From Octopus sinensis (Eukaryota), in assembly GCF_006345805.1 (NCBI RefSeq), contig NC_042997.1, positions 34,720,001-34,784,000 on the forward strand: a DNA stretch of 64,000 bases, in the 5' to 3' direction. Shown piece after piece: positions 28,269 to 43,089 of this stretch; the stretch's first letter is position 1, and every line of letters begins with the position of its first letter. The notes beneath the pieces were generated by a model, which did not search any database, was not told the DNA's origin, and saw nothing but the letters and a program-made list of their open reading frames with translations. Made by a program: the position numbers and the translations under genes.

Positions 28269-28316
<48 letters not shown>

Positions 28317-28629
28317 ACATTCATACATATATGTAAATAGGTAGACATATATATATCTTATAGGTTGTCGGCTGTTAGAGAATTAAAATTACCTATATAA
28401 GTGGAAATGCTTATATGTATGTATATACGTACATATATACCCATATACACACATATTGGGCTGGGTACCTATTCAGCGGCATGTTCCTAAAACATAGGAG
28501 AAACATTTGGGTTGCGGAATCTTTTTCTTGATGTAATGCACCACGATTCTCTGACACTTGAAAATTCTGGAATTTCGCAGTTATGCAAGAATTGAAACTC
28601 AACAATAATTTGATCTAGTCCAGATCGTG

Positions 28630-29625
28630 GGAGGCGCATTCCAGAAATTGTGAGACTTTTGTTAGGGTTGGTAGTTACCAGTGTCCTACTTAAATGTCGT
28701 TTTTAGTCTGCCATTAGTATACTAATAAACTGATCTGTCAACTTCGTTTCTATTCCAGATTTAAGACAACGGCTGGAATAACACTTTGAACATACTCTAC
28801 TACTCACTGCTTCAAACAGATGGCTAGTTTGCCGAATAAAGTCAAGACCCGCAGACAATTTGGGATTTATACAATAGAGTAATATTTTAAATTGGGAAAA
28901 ACAGGACACAAACATATGAAATACTCCATAGTGTTTATCAATTATCTTCTTTGAGACCAGCATCTGTTTTTCGCTGTAACAGGGTGTTCAAGATGGCAGA
29001 CTGTCGGTGCAAAGCGATGAAGGATGTGATATAGAGAGGGAAGCCAGAATATCAGAGCAGGTTTAGAAAATACGTAATTTTCTGGATGAAGACCGTCGTG
29101 TGTTTATAAAGACAATAAAGCATACAGTTTGCAGTTGGTGTGGCAACTGTACGTAGAATTATTTACGAAGATCTGAAAATGCGTAAAGTTTATGCAAAAT
29201 TTGTTCCCAGGGTGCTCAGTGACGAACTGAAGGAAAGACTCTTGCGTGACGGCAAGGTGAGGACTGAGCTCATTACCTCCAGTTGATGATTACTTTAGTC
29301 TCCGGTGATTGTGACCAAATATAGACCTATTGTTTTGACCAAGACACAAAGTATCAGAGTGCTCAATCGAAACATCCTGTCTCCCAGATCCAAGAATGTC
29401 AGAAAAAGCATCTGCTGGGCTCCTTGTAGCCAAAGGGTCAAATTACTTTCTAGAAGTTTCCAGGCAGTTCAGGAAGTGATTTCGTCGCAAAAGTTCAGTG
29501 CTATTCCAGTTAAGTTGGTAACGCTACTTTGAGGATCCTACTTCGAAGGAGATCATAGTTTTGTACATATTTGAAATTAATTTGCTTCTCCTGAAAATAT
29601 TTGATAACATCTGGAATGTACCTTA
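28630..29625 (+). mobile_element. Mariner (Tc1/mariner) transposon remnant with degenerate TIRs
   Basis: IYEDLKMRKVYAKFVPRVLSDE (WVPREL-type motif, ~29161-29226) and TYCFDQDTKYQSAQSKHP (after the first catalytic D). Imperfect TIRs gaggcgcattccagaaatt (28631) and aacatctggaatgtacctt (~29606-29624) followed by TA. Stops and deletions present. Confidence 0.8.
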
Positions 29626-30573
29626 TATGTATCATACCTCAACGATAATAATGGGTACATAGGCGAAAAAATATTTTGGTTCCAACATTTACAGATTCCC
29701 GATAAGATCATATATTTTCTTATTTTCACCATAATTAAGATATAAGTTACTGAATTCTAGAATTCTTTTGTTGTAAACAACAATACTAATTGTGTTTTTG
29801 TTTGATTGTTATTTGTGTACTTAGATTCTAGTAAATTATTTTGATTTATTAGTCACAATATGTTTACCAGCATTTACCTTTATTATACGTATAGGCTATA
29901 AGGCGGCGAACTGGCATAAGCGTTATGAGTGATATACGCGCTGTAGACTGAAAATTCTGGTAATCATATTTTCTTAATTTCTTTTCGGCTTTCAATACTT
30001 GCCCTCTCCTGGTATAGAGGCCCTCACAGAACTCAACTCAAAGCTTACAATTAAAGAAGATTATGGCACATACTTAAATCACATAGCAGGATAGAAGCGG
30101 CTACCTAGTATGCGTATCTCCAACTGCACAAGAACCTGTAAATATAGCATTGGCATATTCTTGTACATAGGTTCTCACTCGTATCAGTATTAAAGTGAAG
30201 GAAGGATCATTAACGTCAACTCTGGATGGATAAGCAGGGTTAAATTTACGCATGCATAACAAAAGAAAGAAAGGAACCTCAATATTATGTAACTAGAGGA
30301 ATTTATCTGTAAATATAATATGTGACAATTATTCGGTAGCCAAGATAAAACTCTGAGTTGCAGATACGGGGTGGAAATCCACACCACCACCTCTTCATTT
30401 ATCCGGCCATCGGAAAAACGCTATGAAAAAAGAGCGTTATACAAAGGGAAATTACTGTGTTATAGACCGCTGTTTATACAAAAGCGATACTCGAATGACC
30501 GCTAATTAAGGAAAGGTAAAAAGTCCATAGTATACGCGTAAGCGAGCCTGTTCATACGTATATGTATATATAT

Positions 30574-30684
<111 letters not shown>

Positions 30685-30685
30685 G

Positions 30686-30721
<36 letters not shown>

Positions 30722-30841
30722 TGTATGTATGTATGTTTGTATGTATGTATGTATGTATGTTAGTACGTACGTATGTATGTGTGTGTGCGAGCGCACGTGT
30801 GAATACGTTGTATAATTTCACGTGATTATATGCATGTATTC

Positions 30842-31005
30842 TTAAGGTGGCGAACTGGGAAAGTTGTAGCTCGGCGGGCAAAATACTTGGTAATAATTCG
30901 TCCGTCCTTGCACCATTTAGTGGTCAATAAAATAAGTACATGTTGAGCACAAGAGATAATGTAATCAACTTTCCCCTTTCCGCCCTCGCCCACAACTACT
31001 GGCCC
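30842..31005 (+). mobile_element. SINE family A, internally deleted
   Basis: taaggtggcgaactgg...ggtcaataaaataagtac. Confidence 0.55.
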
Positions 31006-31040
31006 TATGTCAAAATTTGAAACCTATATATGTTCTAGTG

Positions 31041-31100
<60 letters not shown>

Positions 31101-31369
31101 TCAGTCTGACTGTCTCGCTGTCTGTCTGTCTCTCTCTCTATATATATATGTATGTATATATAATTACCAATCACTGCGTAACATTTGTGACTGGTTAGTA
31201 TCAATTTTTCTACTGATAATTTTATTAGATGCATTAGAAGCACGTGGATGTATGCATGTAAAATATGGATATATATATATATATATATATATATGTTTAT
31301 ATGTACACACACACACGCATATATATACATATGTAAATAATATGTCTAATATGGATATATATATATATG

Positions 31370-31765
31370 AGTGCGGCAAGTAGCTTGCTTATCAACCACT
31401 TCCATATGGTTCCGGGTCCAGTTCCACTGCGTGGTACTTCGGGCAAGTGTCTTCTATTTTAGCTTCGGGTGTGGATTTGGTAGACGGAATCTGAAAGAAG
31501 CCCGTCGTATACATGTATGTGTGTTTGTGTACGTGTGCGTGTGTGTTTGTTTGTTTACGTGCGTGTTTGTATTTTGATGTGTATGTGTGTGTATGTTTGT
31601 GTTTCTGTGTTTGTTCCCCCAACAAGGGCTTAACAACCGATGCTGCTGCGTTTACGATAGAATACGCTCTGGTTTATAAAGAATAAGACCAGGGGTCGAT
31701 TTGCTCGACTAAAGGCAGTGCTCCAGCACGGCCGAAGTCAAATTAAACAACTAAAAGAATAAAAG
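31370..31765 (+). mobile_element. SINE family B
   Basis: Same head, internal (TG)n tract and tail as 20938-21358. Confidence 0.85.
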
Positions 31766-33714
31766 TATATACATATACACACACACACATATATTCATAT
31801 GCACTTTTCTTTTAACTATATATATGTGTATATATATATATATATACACATATATATACACATATATATATATATACTTATACATATAAGTGCATATATA
31901 TATATATATATATATATACATACATATATATATACATTCATGCATTTATATATATTGATATATGTGCAAACGCACGTACGTCTACATAATTGTATTGAAA
32001 TGACAGAATGTACTCTTTTTGTATGTTTAATAAAGCATGTTCTCAACGGATAAAATACTTCGATTGGAAACTGAGATAAAGAATGCATTTTTTATATACG
32101 TAATCATGGGGATTTAAATGTATTACAATATAGAAGAAACGAGTGGAAAACTGCGTAAAGGAGGCTTTATTTTATATAGGAATGAAGAACAATATAGACG
32201 TGGAAAATAAGTAGCAGTAGTATATATAATAAAAATAACTTTATTGCTTTGGGATCTGTTGTGATAGGTCAAACTAAAACATATATGACTGAATTGTTTA
32301 CGTTTACATTTAATCGAATCATTATGTACTCTTGCCAAAAGGTTGATATATTATTGATGGGTTATTTATATATAACCTACCTAATCCTAACAGAGTTTGG
32401 AGCTAATCACCTGCGTTTAAGACATCTAGAATCGTAAAGATGACATTAAAAAAAGAGAATTAGTTCGTCGTAAATTTAACGCTACATGTAAAATTAGCCT
32501 GAACTGCATTGCACTCATACAAAATTATTTCTTTGGTTATTTGATTAAGTACTTAGACTCTTTTGCTTTAATTACTGAATCACTGAAAAGAAATTGGACA
32601 CAGAGTTGTTTAGCTGCCATCTGTGGCGAACTATACGGGAACATTAAATTTAAAGCTTTAACCAAAACTATTTTAACTTTACGTAACATATCAGCAGTTT
32701 TCCATTGACATTGTTAGGAAATAGCTTTCTTTAACTATGTTTTTATAGTCTTTGTAACTCATAAATTGATTCTAGCTTTTTGTTCACATGCTCTGTGTAA
32801 CATTTTTCACTTGGGAAACTTAATACATAAAACTGACAAAATGGCAAATGAAGAAATTATTAAAAAGCAGAAAGAGTTTGAAAACAGTTACTTAATAGAG
32901 CAGGTGTAAAGAATTCCTCTTTTATGATATGTACAAATCAATCTCGCGTGAAATAGTTTTCTTTTTATTATTATTCCCATCAAAATCAAATATTTAAGGC
33001 CGACATGATGGGTAATATTTTTAACTACTACTTGAAAGTTGGCAAGTAATATGACTTTACGGAAATATTAGTTGGTGGGCATCATTGAAATATTTTCATT
33101 CTTTGCAGTAATATATTTCTATATATGCACGTATAATTGTATGTAAGCTTACATACTTGGCACATTAAGATGTGTATGCTTATATGTGTTAATGTCTACA
33201 ATATTCCCTTCAAAGTTTTATAATTTTAAATCTTTTCACTTACAATGATATCCTACCCTCACATTATTATATCAAATGGACAATTTTATCATGTTATCAA
33301 ATGGAAAACTTTCTCTCGACCTATCACTGCCAACAAAGTAGTATAATTAATAGAAAACACATTCAAATTCGGTAGTACGGTCTCACTAGACTTCTTTCTT
33401 GCAACACCTAGCGCTACCAATATTTATATAATACCAAAGACAACGATACAAGAAAATCCTGTTCATTTCGATAATGGCTGCAGAGAGAATGGCAAAACAT
33501 AAGGAGGATTTAAAGATAAATGATTATATTTAATGGGTATCACCACAAGCCTGCTATTCGCTACACCTAGAGGAAATTTTCTGAGACTTTTGCTTATACT
33601 ATTTACAAAACTAAAGTAATTTTCTTTGTCTCACAAACGAGAATCTTAGATTTCAACCACGCCTAATTGTTTGAACAATTTGAAAATTTGCTGAGATGTT
33701 TGATGTAGACACGA

Positions 33715-33740
33715 AATGATAATGATTATGATGGTGATGG

Positions 33741-33774
<34 letters not shown>

Positions 33775-33803
33775 AATGACGGTAATAAAAATGATGGTAA
33801 TGA

Positions 33804-33853
<50 letters not shown>

Positions 33854-33881
33854 GTAGTAGTAGTACTGCTGCTGCTGCTGC

Positions 33882-33935
<54 letters not shown>

Positions 33936-33956
33936 TAACAATAATGATAATAATGA

Positions 33957-33997
<41 letters not shown>

Positions 33998-34000
33998 ATG
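33715..34000. repeat. Compound trinucleotide array (GAT/ACT/GCT/AAT)
   Basis: Seen directly. Confidence 0.95.
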
Positions 34001-34221
34001 ATCCTTCCTACTTGAGGCACAGGGTCTGAAACTTGGAGTGGCGAACAAATCGATTACATCAGTCCCAAAATTCAACTAGTTGTTAATTTATCGACCACGA
34101 ACGGATGAAAGGCCAATTCAACCTCAACGGAATTTGAATAATAATAATAAGAAGAAAAGAGGTAGAGGACCAATAACTTTTGAAAATTGTGCCAAATGCG
34201 AAGAAAACAATTTAACTTGGT

Positions 34222-34274
<53 letters not shown>

Positions 34275-35743
34275 CAAAGAGAAAATCAGGAAGGAATGTT
34301 ATAGGAGAGTTCGTGCAGTCCTGAAATCTGAACTAAATGCACGTAACAAGGTGTTAGCTATAAATTCCTTAGCAGTTCCAGTTGTTACTTATAGCTACAA
34401 TGTGTTGAACTGGAATATGAGTGAAGTAAAGAATATAGATAGAAAAATACGCAAGCTGCTGAGTTGTAATAGGATGCACCACCCAAAGGCAGGCGTAGAT
34501 CGCCTTTACCTTCCCAGAGCCCAAGGAGGTCGAGGCCTGATCCAATTTGAACTAGCTTACAAAACAACCACAATTGGACTGGCCAAATATCTCGAAATAT
34601 CGAATGACTGGATGCTAAAGCTCGTGGAAAATCACGAGACACGAAAGAAGCTTCATTCTATCATCAAGGAAAGCAAAAAATTTGCTATTGATCTCGTGCA
34701 GGATACCCAAACTGAACAACCCGAGGGAAGTACGGCAACTATTGTTGCAAAGAAGGTGAAAATGATGGCAATGAAAAAAGCGCACGAGCAATTGGCTGAT
34801 AGGTGGGAGGAGAAACCTCTGCACGGCAAATATGTGACCCGCAGCAAACAAGCTGATGTTGACCAGAAGCAAACCCATCAGTGGCTGCGGAGCTCAGGGC
34901 TAAAAGCAGAGAGCGAAGGTTTCATCCTGGCTGCTCAAGACCAAAGCCTATTAACCCGGAACTACCAGGCCAATGTGATGAAAAATGGAGCAGACCCAAA
35001 ATGCCGATTCTGCAACGACATGATTGAAACAGTGGACCACCTAATCTCTGGATGTAAAGTCTTAGCACCAGTGGATTATAAATTAAGACATGACAGAGTT
35101 GGCCAATATCTCCACTGGCTAATAAGTCGGCATTACAATATCAAAACTGCCGACAAGTGGTATAATCACCACCCTGAGGCTGTAACTGAAGGAGAAAATA
35201 TAACCATTCTGTGGGACTTTCCAGTACATACAGACCGAACCATCAAGGCCAATAAACCAGATATTGTTGTGAAAGACCAAAACAATAAAGTTTGCTTATT
35301 GATCGACATGAGCATCCCCTGTGATCATAATATCTCAGCGAACGAGTTTGACAAGCTCAGAAAATATAAAGACCTACTCATTGAAATTGAGAAAATGTGG
35401 CATCTCAAGGCGGTTACAATACCAGTGATCGTAGGAGCACTAGGAATGATCAAGAAGGGAACCGAAAATTATATGAGAATGATCCCTGGCTTACCATCCC
35501 TGCAAGAAGTGCAAAAGATTGTCTTAACTGGTACATCACACGTATTGAGAAGAGCATTGTCGATGTGAGAACTGTTGCTGCTCATGTATTTTAATTTAAC
35601 TTTAAAAAAAAAAAAAAAAAAATGAACGAACTACTGAGTTTGGTTTAATGGCCTACCAATATACACTATGAGTTTTTTGCCCTAGGAGTCGGGAAGACAC
35701 TCGGCAAGAAATGGAAGAAAATTTGAAAGAAGAAAAAAAAAAG
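34275..35743 (+). mobile_element. R4/Dong-type (RLE) non-LTR retrotransposon family A, 5'-truncated, ORF still open
   Basis: ORF 34351-35568 has LYLPRAQGGRGL, the CCHC knuckle CRFC..MIETVDHLISGC, and the RLE motif NKPDIVV...LIDMSIP...K..KY. Flanked by (AAT)n at about 34229-34274 and 35744-35757. Confidence 0.95.
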
Positions 35744-35757
35744 TAATAATAATAATA

Positions 35758-38700
35758 TTACACCGGGGACGTTTAACATGTGAGAACGATAAAACAGCGC
35801 TCCGAAATCTATCCACAAACATCGAAAACAAAGACATCGCATGGAGCTAAAAATTAACTGACAAAGGATTGGACTATATCCGAGTAAGTAATACTCATTG
35901 AAATTTATTACTATTTTCGAAACGAAATGATGTATTTTAACTCGATATCATCTCCACCTCTAACACAACACATGTAAACATGAGTGGAACATTACGATCC
36001 ATCAACAGCAGATCATTCCCGACCCCAAAAACCATGTACAAAAACACTACGAAAAAATTAAAGAACACCGACATTATTCAACCCAAGAATAACAATCGGG
36101 AAGTACGTACTGTAAACTTACAATATAAAATGTACGAAAAACAACACGTGCAAAACAATGTGACAACAGAAATGAACCGACCGGTACCCTACGAAAATGA
36201 CGACCGTCGAAATAATGGGCCGGACGTTGTTCCTCATGTCCCGCAAATAAAACCCAAAAGACATAAATGGACACGTGAGGAATACATTTCTATCCTACTC
36301 GCTCACTTTACAGCAGTGCTGTACCCAAAGAAGGAAAACACAACTCATACATATAAAATATGGAAGGAAAATAACATAAATATAGACTTGGATACAGCAA
36401 TGAACCCTAATAAACTAGCTAACGTACGAAGATACATTCTCAACGCAAAAAATATCAGAAATAGAAATAGAACATCTAAAAGAAAAAATACATCAGGAAA
36501 ATGTAGATAGAAGCCACAGAACAATGCCCAATAATATAAACACTGAAACAGTAAAACACGAAGACAAACGTAACATTCGCAACAAACACGATGTAAACAA
36601 AAAACAACAAACACAGACCGTAAGGATGCATAGCAACACACGACAAACAGCAAGCCAAAACACGACAAACAAACATACAAATAAGAAAGAAAGTGACACA
36701 ATTCTAAAACCTGGAAACAACGAAGGGGAGCCTAATGATTATGATAATATAAAAAATAAAATAATCAAAGAACTGAAAACCACAGAGCTAAAAATGGACC
36801 ACCGACCATACCTCCTAAAATCAAAATAGACGAAACAACAACACCAATTATAAACAGCATAAACCTAGCCGTCACGGAACTAATAGCCACTGAAACAAAA
36901 AGCGATATCACTGAGCTAAATGACTTAGTATACGCAGCAGCCACTGTAGCCACAAAAGAAGCTGGATACTCACTCAAACCCGTCCAAACAGGAGTACCAC
37001 CACCCAAACAAACCCTGTGGATTAATAACATCCAAAACAAAATACAAAAAATGAGAAAAGATCTGTCGATTCTTAATGAAATCAGTAGACAATCAACGCT
37101 ACTGAGCAACAAAAAGAAAACAAAAATACTCCGCAAATACAACACCACAGAAAAAGATTTACCTGAGATAAAAGAAAAGCTAAAGCAAGATATCCTTGCC
37201 AAAGCACAAAGGATCCGCCGGTACGAGAAACGTCAGCGCTTCTTTGAACAAAACAAAAAGTTCAACTCCAACCCCCAAAAGTTCTACCAAGAACTTGGCA
37301 AAAATAAAATAGAAATCACTGCAGCACCAACTGCAGAAGAAGTGGAAGAATTCTGGAGAGAAATATGGTCGGCGAACGAACAACCAAAAAAAAGGAGTAT
37401 TAAAACAACAAACTCAGCATCTGAGCAATTTTGGATCCCCATAAAAACTGAAGAGGTCACCCAGGCACTGCAAAGACTAGGCAACTGGAAGGCACCTGGG
37501 CATGACAAGATCCCCAAATTCTGGTTGAAATATCTAACAGGAATGCACAAAAAACTGGCTGAAAATTTTAACAACATACTGGCAGAGCCAGAGACAATGC
37601 CTCAATGGCTCACGAAGGGGAAAACCATCCTAATTCCCAAATCAAATGAGACAGCAAAACCAGAAAACTACAGACCAATAACCTGTCTCCCTACAATGTA
37701 CAAGGCATTTACTGCAGTGATATCGCAAAGGTTGAACAAGCACCTGGAGGAAAACAACCTGTTTCCAGAAGAGCAGAAAGGATGCCGCAAAGGCTCATAT
37801 GGCTGTAAAGATCAACTAATGATTAATAAAGCCATAACTGAAGACAGCCACAGAAAGAAGAAAGGCCTCAGTATGGCCTGGATTGACTACAAAAAGGCGT
37901 TTGATAGCATCCCCCTTACATGGATCCTAGAAACAATAGCCATTAACAAAGTAGCACCAACAATTATAAAATTCATACGACACTCTATGAATAAATGGCA
38001 AACAGTGCTACAGTTCCAAACAAAAGAGGGACTCATAAAAACCAAAGCCATCCCCATTAGAAGAGGAATATTCCAGGGAGACACACTCTCTCCACTCCTT
38101 TTCTGCTTGGCACTGTCACCTCTATCTGATATGCTAAATAGTACTGGATGCGGATATAAATGTTACGGCAAAACAATCAGCCACCTTTTATATATGGATC
38201 ACCTAAAACTATACGCTGCAAATGACAAACAGCTGGAAACAATATTAAAGACAGTTCATAGATTTAACAAAGAAATAGATATGAAATTTGGATTAGAAAA
38301 ATGCGCCAAAATAACCATGAAAAGAGGAAAACTAGTTAAGAGTAGCAACATCACACTAGATAAAACCAATGAAATAAAAGAATTAGACTAAAGCCAAACT
38401 TACAAATACTTAGGAATCCATGAACTAGATAAGACACAACACACACAAATGAAAAAGAAATTTTTAAAAAATATTATAGACGAGTTAGATCAATACTAAA
38501 AACAGAGCTGAATGCTAAAAACAAGATAATAGGTATTAACACTTTAGCTGTCCCAGTTATAAGTTACAGCTACAATATCCTTAAATGGACACTAAATGAA
38601 CTGACCAAAATAGATAGGAAAACAAGAAAAATAATGACAGGATCTAGGATGCATCACTCAAAATCTGACATAGAAAGACTATATATACAACGTATAGAAG

Positions 38701-39785
38701 GTGGTAGAGGCCTTATACAGCTGGAAAACTACTATAAAATAACAAACATAGGACTGCAAAAATATCTACTTCAGAAGGAAGGAAAACTGATACAAATAGC
38801 GGCAAAACACGAACAAAACAAAAAACTGTTCTCACTATTTAAGGAAGCTGACAAATACAAACAAAAAATCATACCACCTAACAAATATGAAGAAGAAGAA
38901 GAAGATGAAGAAACAACAACAAAAGCTATAAAACAAATGAAATCCAAACTAAAACTAGCACAGCAATGAACCATGATAAAACGATGGCAAGAAAAACCCT
39001 TTCATGGTAAATACTGGACTAAACTAAATGCAAAAGAAATAGACAAAGAAAAATCCCAGCAATGGTTGAGAAGCTCAGGACTCAAAGCAGAGACAGAGGG
39101 ATTTTTAATTGCAGCACAAGACCAAAGCCTCCCCACCAGAAATTACCAAAAACATGTCATGAAAAGAAATATAACAAGTAACTGCAGAATATGTGGAGAT
39201 GGACAAGAAACAATCAGTCCTGGCTAAAAAGGAATATATTCACAGACATGACAGAGTTGGAACCTACATACACTGGAAACTATTCCAACATTATGGAATA
39301 ACAACAGGAAAAAGATGGTATAGGCACACACCAGAAATGGTCACAGAAAATGAGAAAGCAACCATACTCTGGGATATGCCGATACACACAGATAGAGAAA
39401 TTAAGGCCAACAGACCAGATATAGTTGTCAGAGATCATGAAGAAAAAAATGATTTCTAATTGATGTATCAATACCGGCAGATGACAACGTGTCTCTAAAA
39501 GAAATGGAGAAACTTTCAAAATACAAAGACCTGGAAATTGAGGTAACCAGAATGTGGAATCTAAAAACAGAAACAATTCAGACAAATACATAACAAAAAC
39601 ACCAGGACTTACAAACACATATAACATACAGAAAATTGCACTACTAGGCACTGCACACATCCTACGCAGAACACTTTCAATAGAGTAACCATCAGAGCAT
39701 CACAACAAATCACAGCACATACCCAAGGCACACAGAGCTGCGCTCGGTAGTGAAGTGAAAGCACGCTATAAAAATAAAACTACTG
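35758..39785 (+). mobile_element. R4/Dong-type retrotransposon family B, near full length, inactivated by stops and frameshifts
   Basis: N-terminal KWTREE domain (35980-36510). RT at 37051-38391 (KAPGHD, NYRPITCL, EQKG, WIDYKKAFDS, RGIFQGDTLSP, LYMDH in place of YMDD). Then GGRGL, CRIC knuckle, NRPDIV. Ends ...aaaactactg before (AAT)n. Confidence 0.95.
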
Positions 39786-39847
39786 AATAATAATAATAAT
39801 AATAATTGAAGAAGGAGAAGAAAAAGAAGAAAAAGAAGAAGATTTAA

Positions 39848-39889
<42 letters not shown>

Positions 39890-39944
39890 TAATAATAATA
39901 ATGATTGAAGAAGGAGAAGAAAAAGAAGAAAAAGAAGATTTAAA

Positions 39945-40006
<62 letters not shown>

Positions 40007-40135
40007 TGAAGAAGGAGAAGAAAAAGAAGAAAAAGAAGAAGAAGATTTAAAGTAATAATAATAATAATAATAACAATAATAATGATAAAAAAAGGAAGAA
40101 GAAGAAGAAGAAGAAGAAAATTTAGAGTAATAAGA
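39786..40135. repeat. Higher-order tandem repeat: (TAA)n plus ~43-bp ttgaagaaggagaagaaaaagaagaaaaagaag..atttaaa unit, three full copies and one degenerate
   Basis: Units at about 39806, 39904 and 40006; partial unit at about 40085. Confidence 0.9.
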
Positions 40136-41655
40136 AGAAAGAAGATAGCAGAGTTAGACTAAGACTAGTCGGCTGCTTTCAGAGATCATAAAGTCCGAGA
40201 GAGAGGAGGACCATCGCCTGTTATTGAATATGTGCTATATAATCGAGAGAAACGAAATGTTGTAACGAGTCGATAGCTGCAGAGACAGTGATGGTTGGGA
40301 GGTGAGAATGATGTGAAACGTGATACTCAAAAAGCTTGTGGAAAATGAAATTAATTCATATCGAGAATTGAGGATTGAAAAAAAATAATTCTATTTCTAC
40401 AACTATATGGGATGGATATGAGTGTCCTGAAGTGGTACGAGTGTTTAAATCACTAATGTCGATACTTGAGAAGTAGATGGAATAATATTGATGTCCTTGT
40501 TGGACATACTGATACCGGTGATGTGCTTTTTTATGGTTGCAGATGTAAACACTTTATCTGCTGGAAATGAAGCCATACCATTTTCAACCCATACCATTCC
40601 GTCTTAGAGAGAGAGGAAGGTGTAATGAAAACTACTGCGCTGGCTGAATGATGCATCAATTGCAAAAGACATATAAATATATATTTTTAACGCAGAATCT
40701 CGACGTGGAAAATTATTACTTATAGCTTATAATATATTAGATTCAAAACTTCGACTGCAGAAAAGGACGAAAGTCACCTGTGGTACGCAAACTACGCGCC
40801 TTCTGTGCATATGGCAGACATGCTAACGTATTACACTAAAGTGACCTTCGGTCAATTTTCAATTAATTTAGGTGCTTTCATCATACAAGACCGATGTGTC
40901 ATAGATGATTGAAATAAATCCGATCATAGGCCGGCTCCATTAGGGCAACAACCGCTACATCAAACCGACCACGAACAAAAAAAAATATACCAAAAACAGT
41001 ACCAAGATTGAACCGCTTTCAAAATACAGAGATACAGGACCAATTTTCTCAGGAACCTAATTGGACGAAGTTAAATAAACTCAGTCGATATTTTCTTTGT
41101 TTTTTGTTTTGTTTTTTGCATGACTTATAACTCTTTGGTTTTACCAAAGCGTTGTCCTACTGACCCATATCATCGATTGGTTAGAAGCAAAAAAGAACGG
41201 AAGAAGAAAAAAGCAAAGAAAGAAAACACCTGATCAATATTTCTAAAATACAATTATTCCACTAGGAATTATCTTGAAGACTGTTTAACGTAAAGAAATC
41301 AAAACTATACGAAAAACCAAACAAAGAATACAGATGCAAGAATGGCTTCATAAACAGATTTGTTTACCTCAGACAATTCTTCTCATATCTGAAAATATCG
41401 GCAAGAAGTGAGGTGGAAGTGTGAGTTTATATATAGAGACGTATAGTTTATATACACTATTAAATCACATTTATATAGGGTATGTAACTACCACAGATAT
41501 AGACAAGGATAGCAATGTTCTCTCACGCACGCAGGTATACACGCATACACACACACAGATACACATACACACACACAGATACACATACATATGCGCGCCC
41601 GCACACGCTCACTAATATATGTATTAAAGATGCATACGTATGCACAACAGGGTGC

Positions 41656-41686
<31 letters not shown>

Positions 41687-41859
41687 CACAATACAGGAAA
41701 TGATCAGGAACCATTTTCAATAAGACTTTTACATATTTTTATAGAAATAGATTCATGTACATAGAGATTAAGAAAAGTGTATCTGTCCACGGGGGAGATG
41801 ATACAGCATTATCTGCCATCTTGCTTGAGAGAGGTTTTTCGTTTTTGTTTGAATATATA

Positions 41860-42060
41860 GGTTTCAAACTTTGGCACAAAGCCAGCAAGTTCGCAGGAGG
41901 AAATAAAATGTTTACACCGGTTCCAGTGGTTATCTGGTAATTGTTTTACCGACTCTGAAAAGATGACCCTAGTGGAATTTGAAAACAGAACGTAAGTATA
42001 AACGAAATACCGCTAAGCATTTTGCCGGCGTGCTAACGACTATGCCAGATCGCTCCCTTA
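41860..42060 (-). mobile_element. SINE family A
   Basis: aaataccgctaagcattttgccggcgtgctaacgactatgccag. Confidence 0.75.
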
Positions 42061-42859
42061 CTACTGCCTTCTCATACGTTGTTTGAATCGTATGTTTGCA
42101 TACTGTTAGAAATACATACTTTCTACATGCTAGAAAGACTTGCAGTTTCTGTCGTATACATATCAATGTAATGTTCGAACCGAAGCAGTCCTCATGTGGT
42201 GTTCTAATTTCGTCCGTCGTTTTGTTTTTAAACTTCAACAAGCTCCATTTGGCGAGTCTCCATCTCCTAACCTGCGAGCGGCTGTCCTTCAATCTCACGA
42301 ACCTAGAATACAATTCCCAGATGAGATAGCATCTTTCACACAAGATCTGCGAGTGTCCACTGCAGTTATCACAAATGGGAAACAAACTTGCACTGGCTAA
42401 TAATTTTCTCTATAAAGTTGAACCATATGGCTTCTCTGAGATTCCTCTCATACATTTTCCCACAGATCGGTGAGCTAAACCGAATGACCTTTCTTGTCTT
42501 TTCCGACCTTACATATTATAGATACATACATATATACATATACATTCACGCACGCACACACGCGTGCACACACTGACACACCTACACATACATACGCATG
42601 CATAGAGAAAAAACCAGTAAAAGGTAGAACAACTTTCATTATTTACTTTGAACAGCTGTTTCATTTGAAATGCGCATAATCAATTCTATAATTACGTTAT
42701 TATGATACAGAGTCAGTGAAAATAATTTAAAATTAGATTAATTTAAAATAATGCTTATCCATAACATCAAGAATAATACCGGTCATGTTAGTCATGAACC
42801 GTTTCTGTTTTAGATACGAGTAAAATAAGAAAACCACTTGTACTTGTAGCTTTCGAATG

Positions 42860-43050
42860 ATGCCACCCTGCTAGCTAGGCAGGCAGGCTGACATTTGCAG
42901 TTGAATGAACCCATGAACCCGAAACTACATGTGTTGCTCAATAACACAAGAGAAGGCATTTTGCTCAAGTAGACAACGCGCCGCCGGTCTCGAAATCGAA
43001 ACCACGATTCCGAATGCAACACCATAACCACTCTGCCACGCACCTTCACT
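42860..43050 (-). mobile_element. Decayed tRNA-derived SINE
   Basis: Reverse complement gtggcagagtggttatgg...gtggtttcgatttc is A/B-box-like. Confidence 0.5.
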
Positions 43051-43089
43051 ATACATGCATACATACATACACAGATGTATAAATATATA

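Noticed and set aside
39786-40135. Regularly spaced repeats as a CRISPR-like array
   Set aside because: The spacers are (TAA)n rather than unique sequence, the context is eukaryotic, and there are no cas genes.
41969-42400. Overlapping ORFs of 77-138 aa in a GC-richer patch
   Set aside because: No recognisable motif or splice support, and partly overlapping a SINE.
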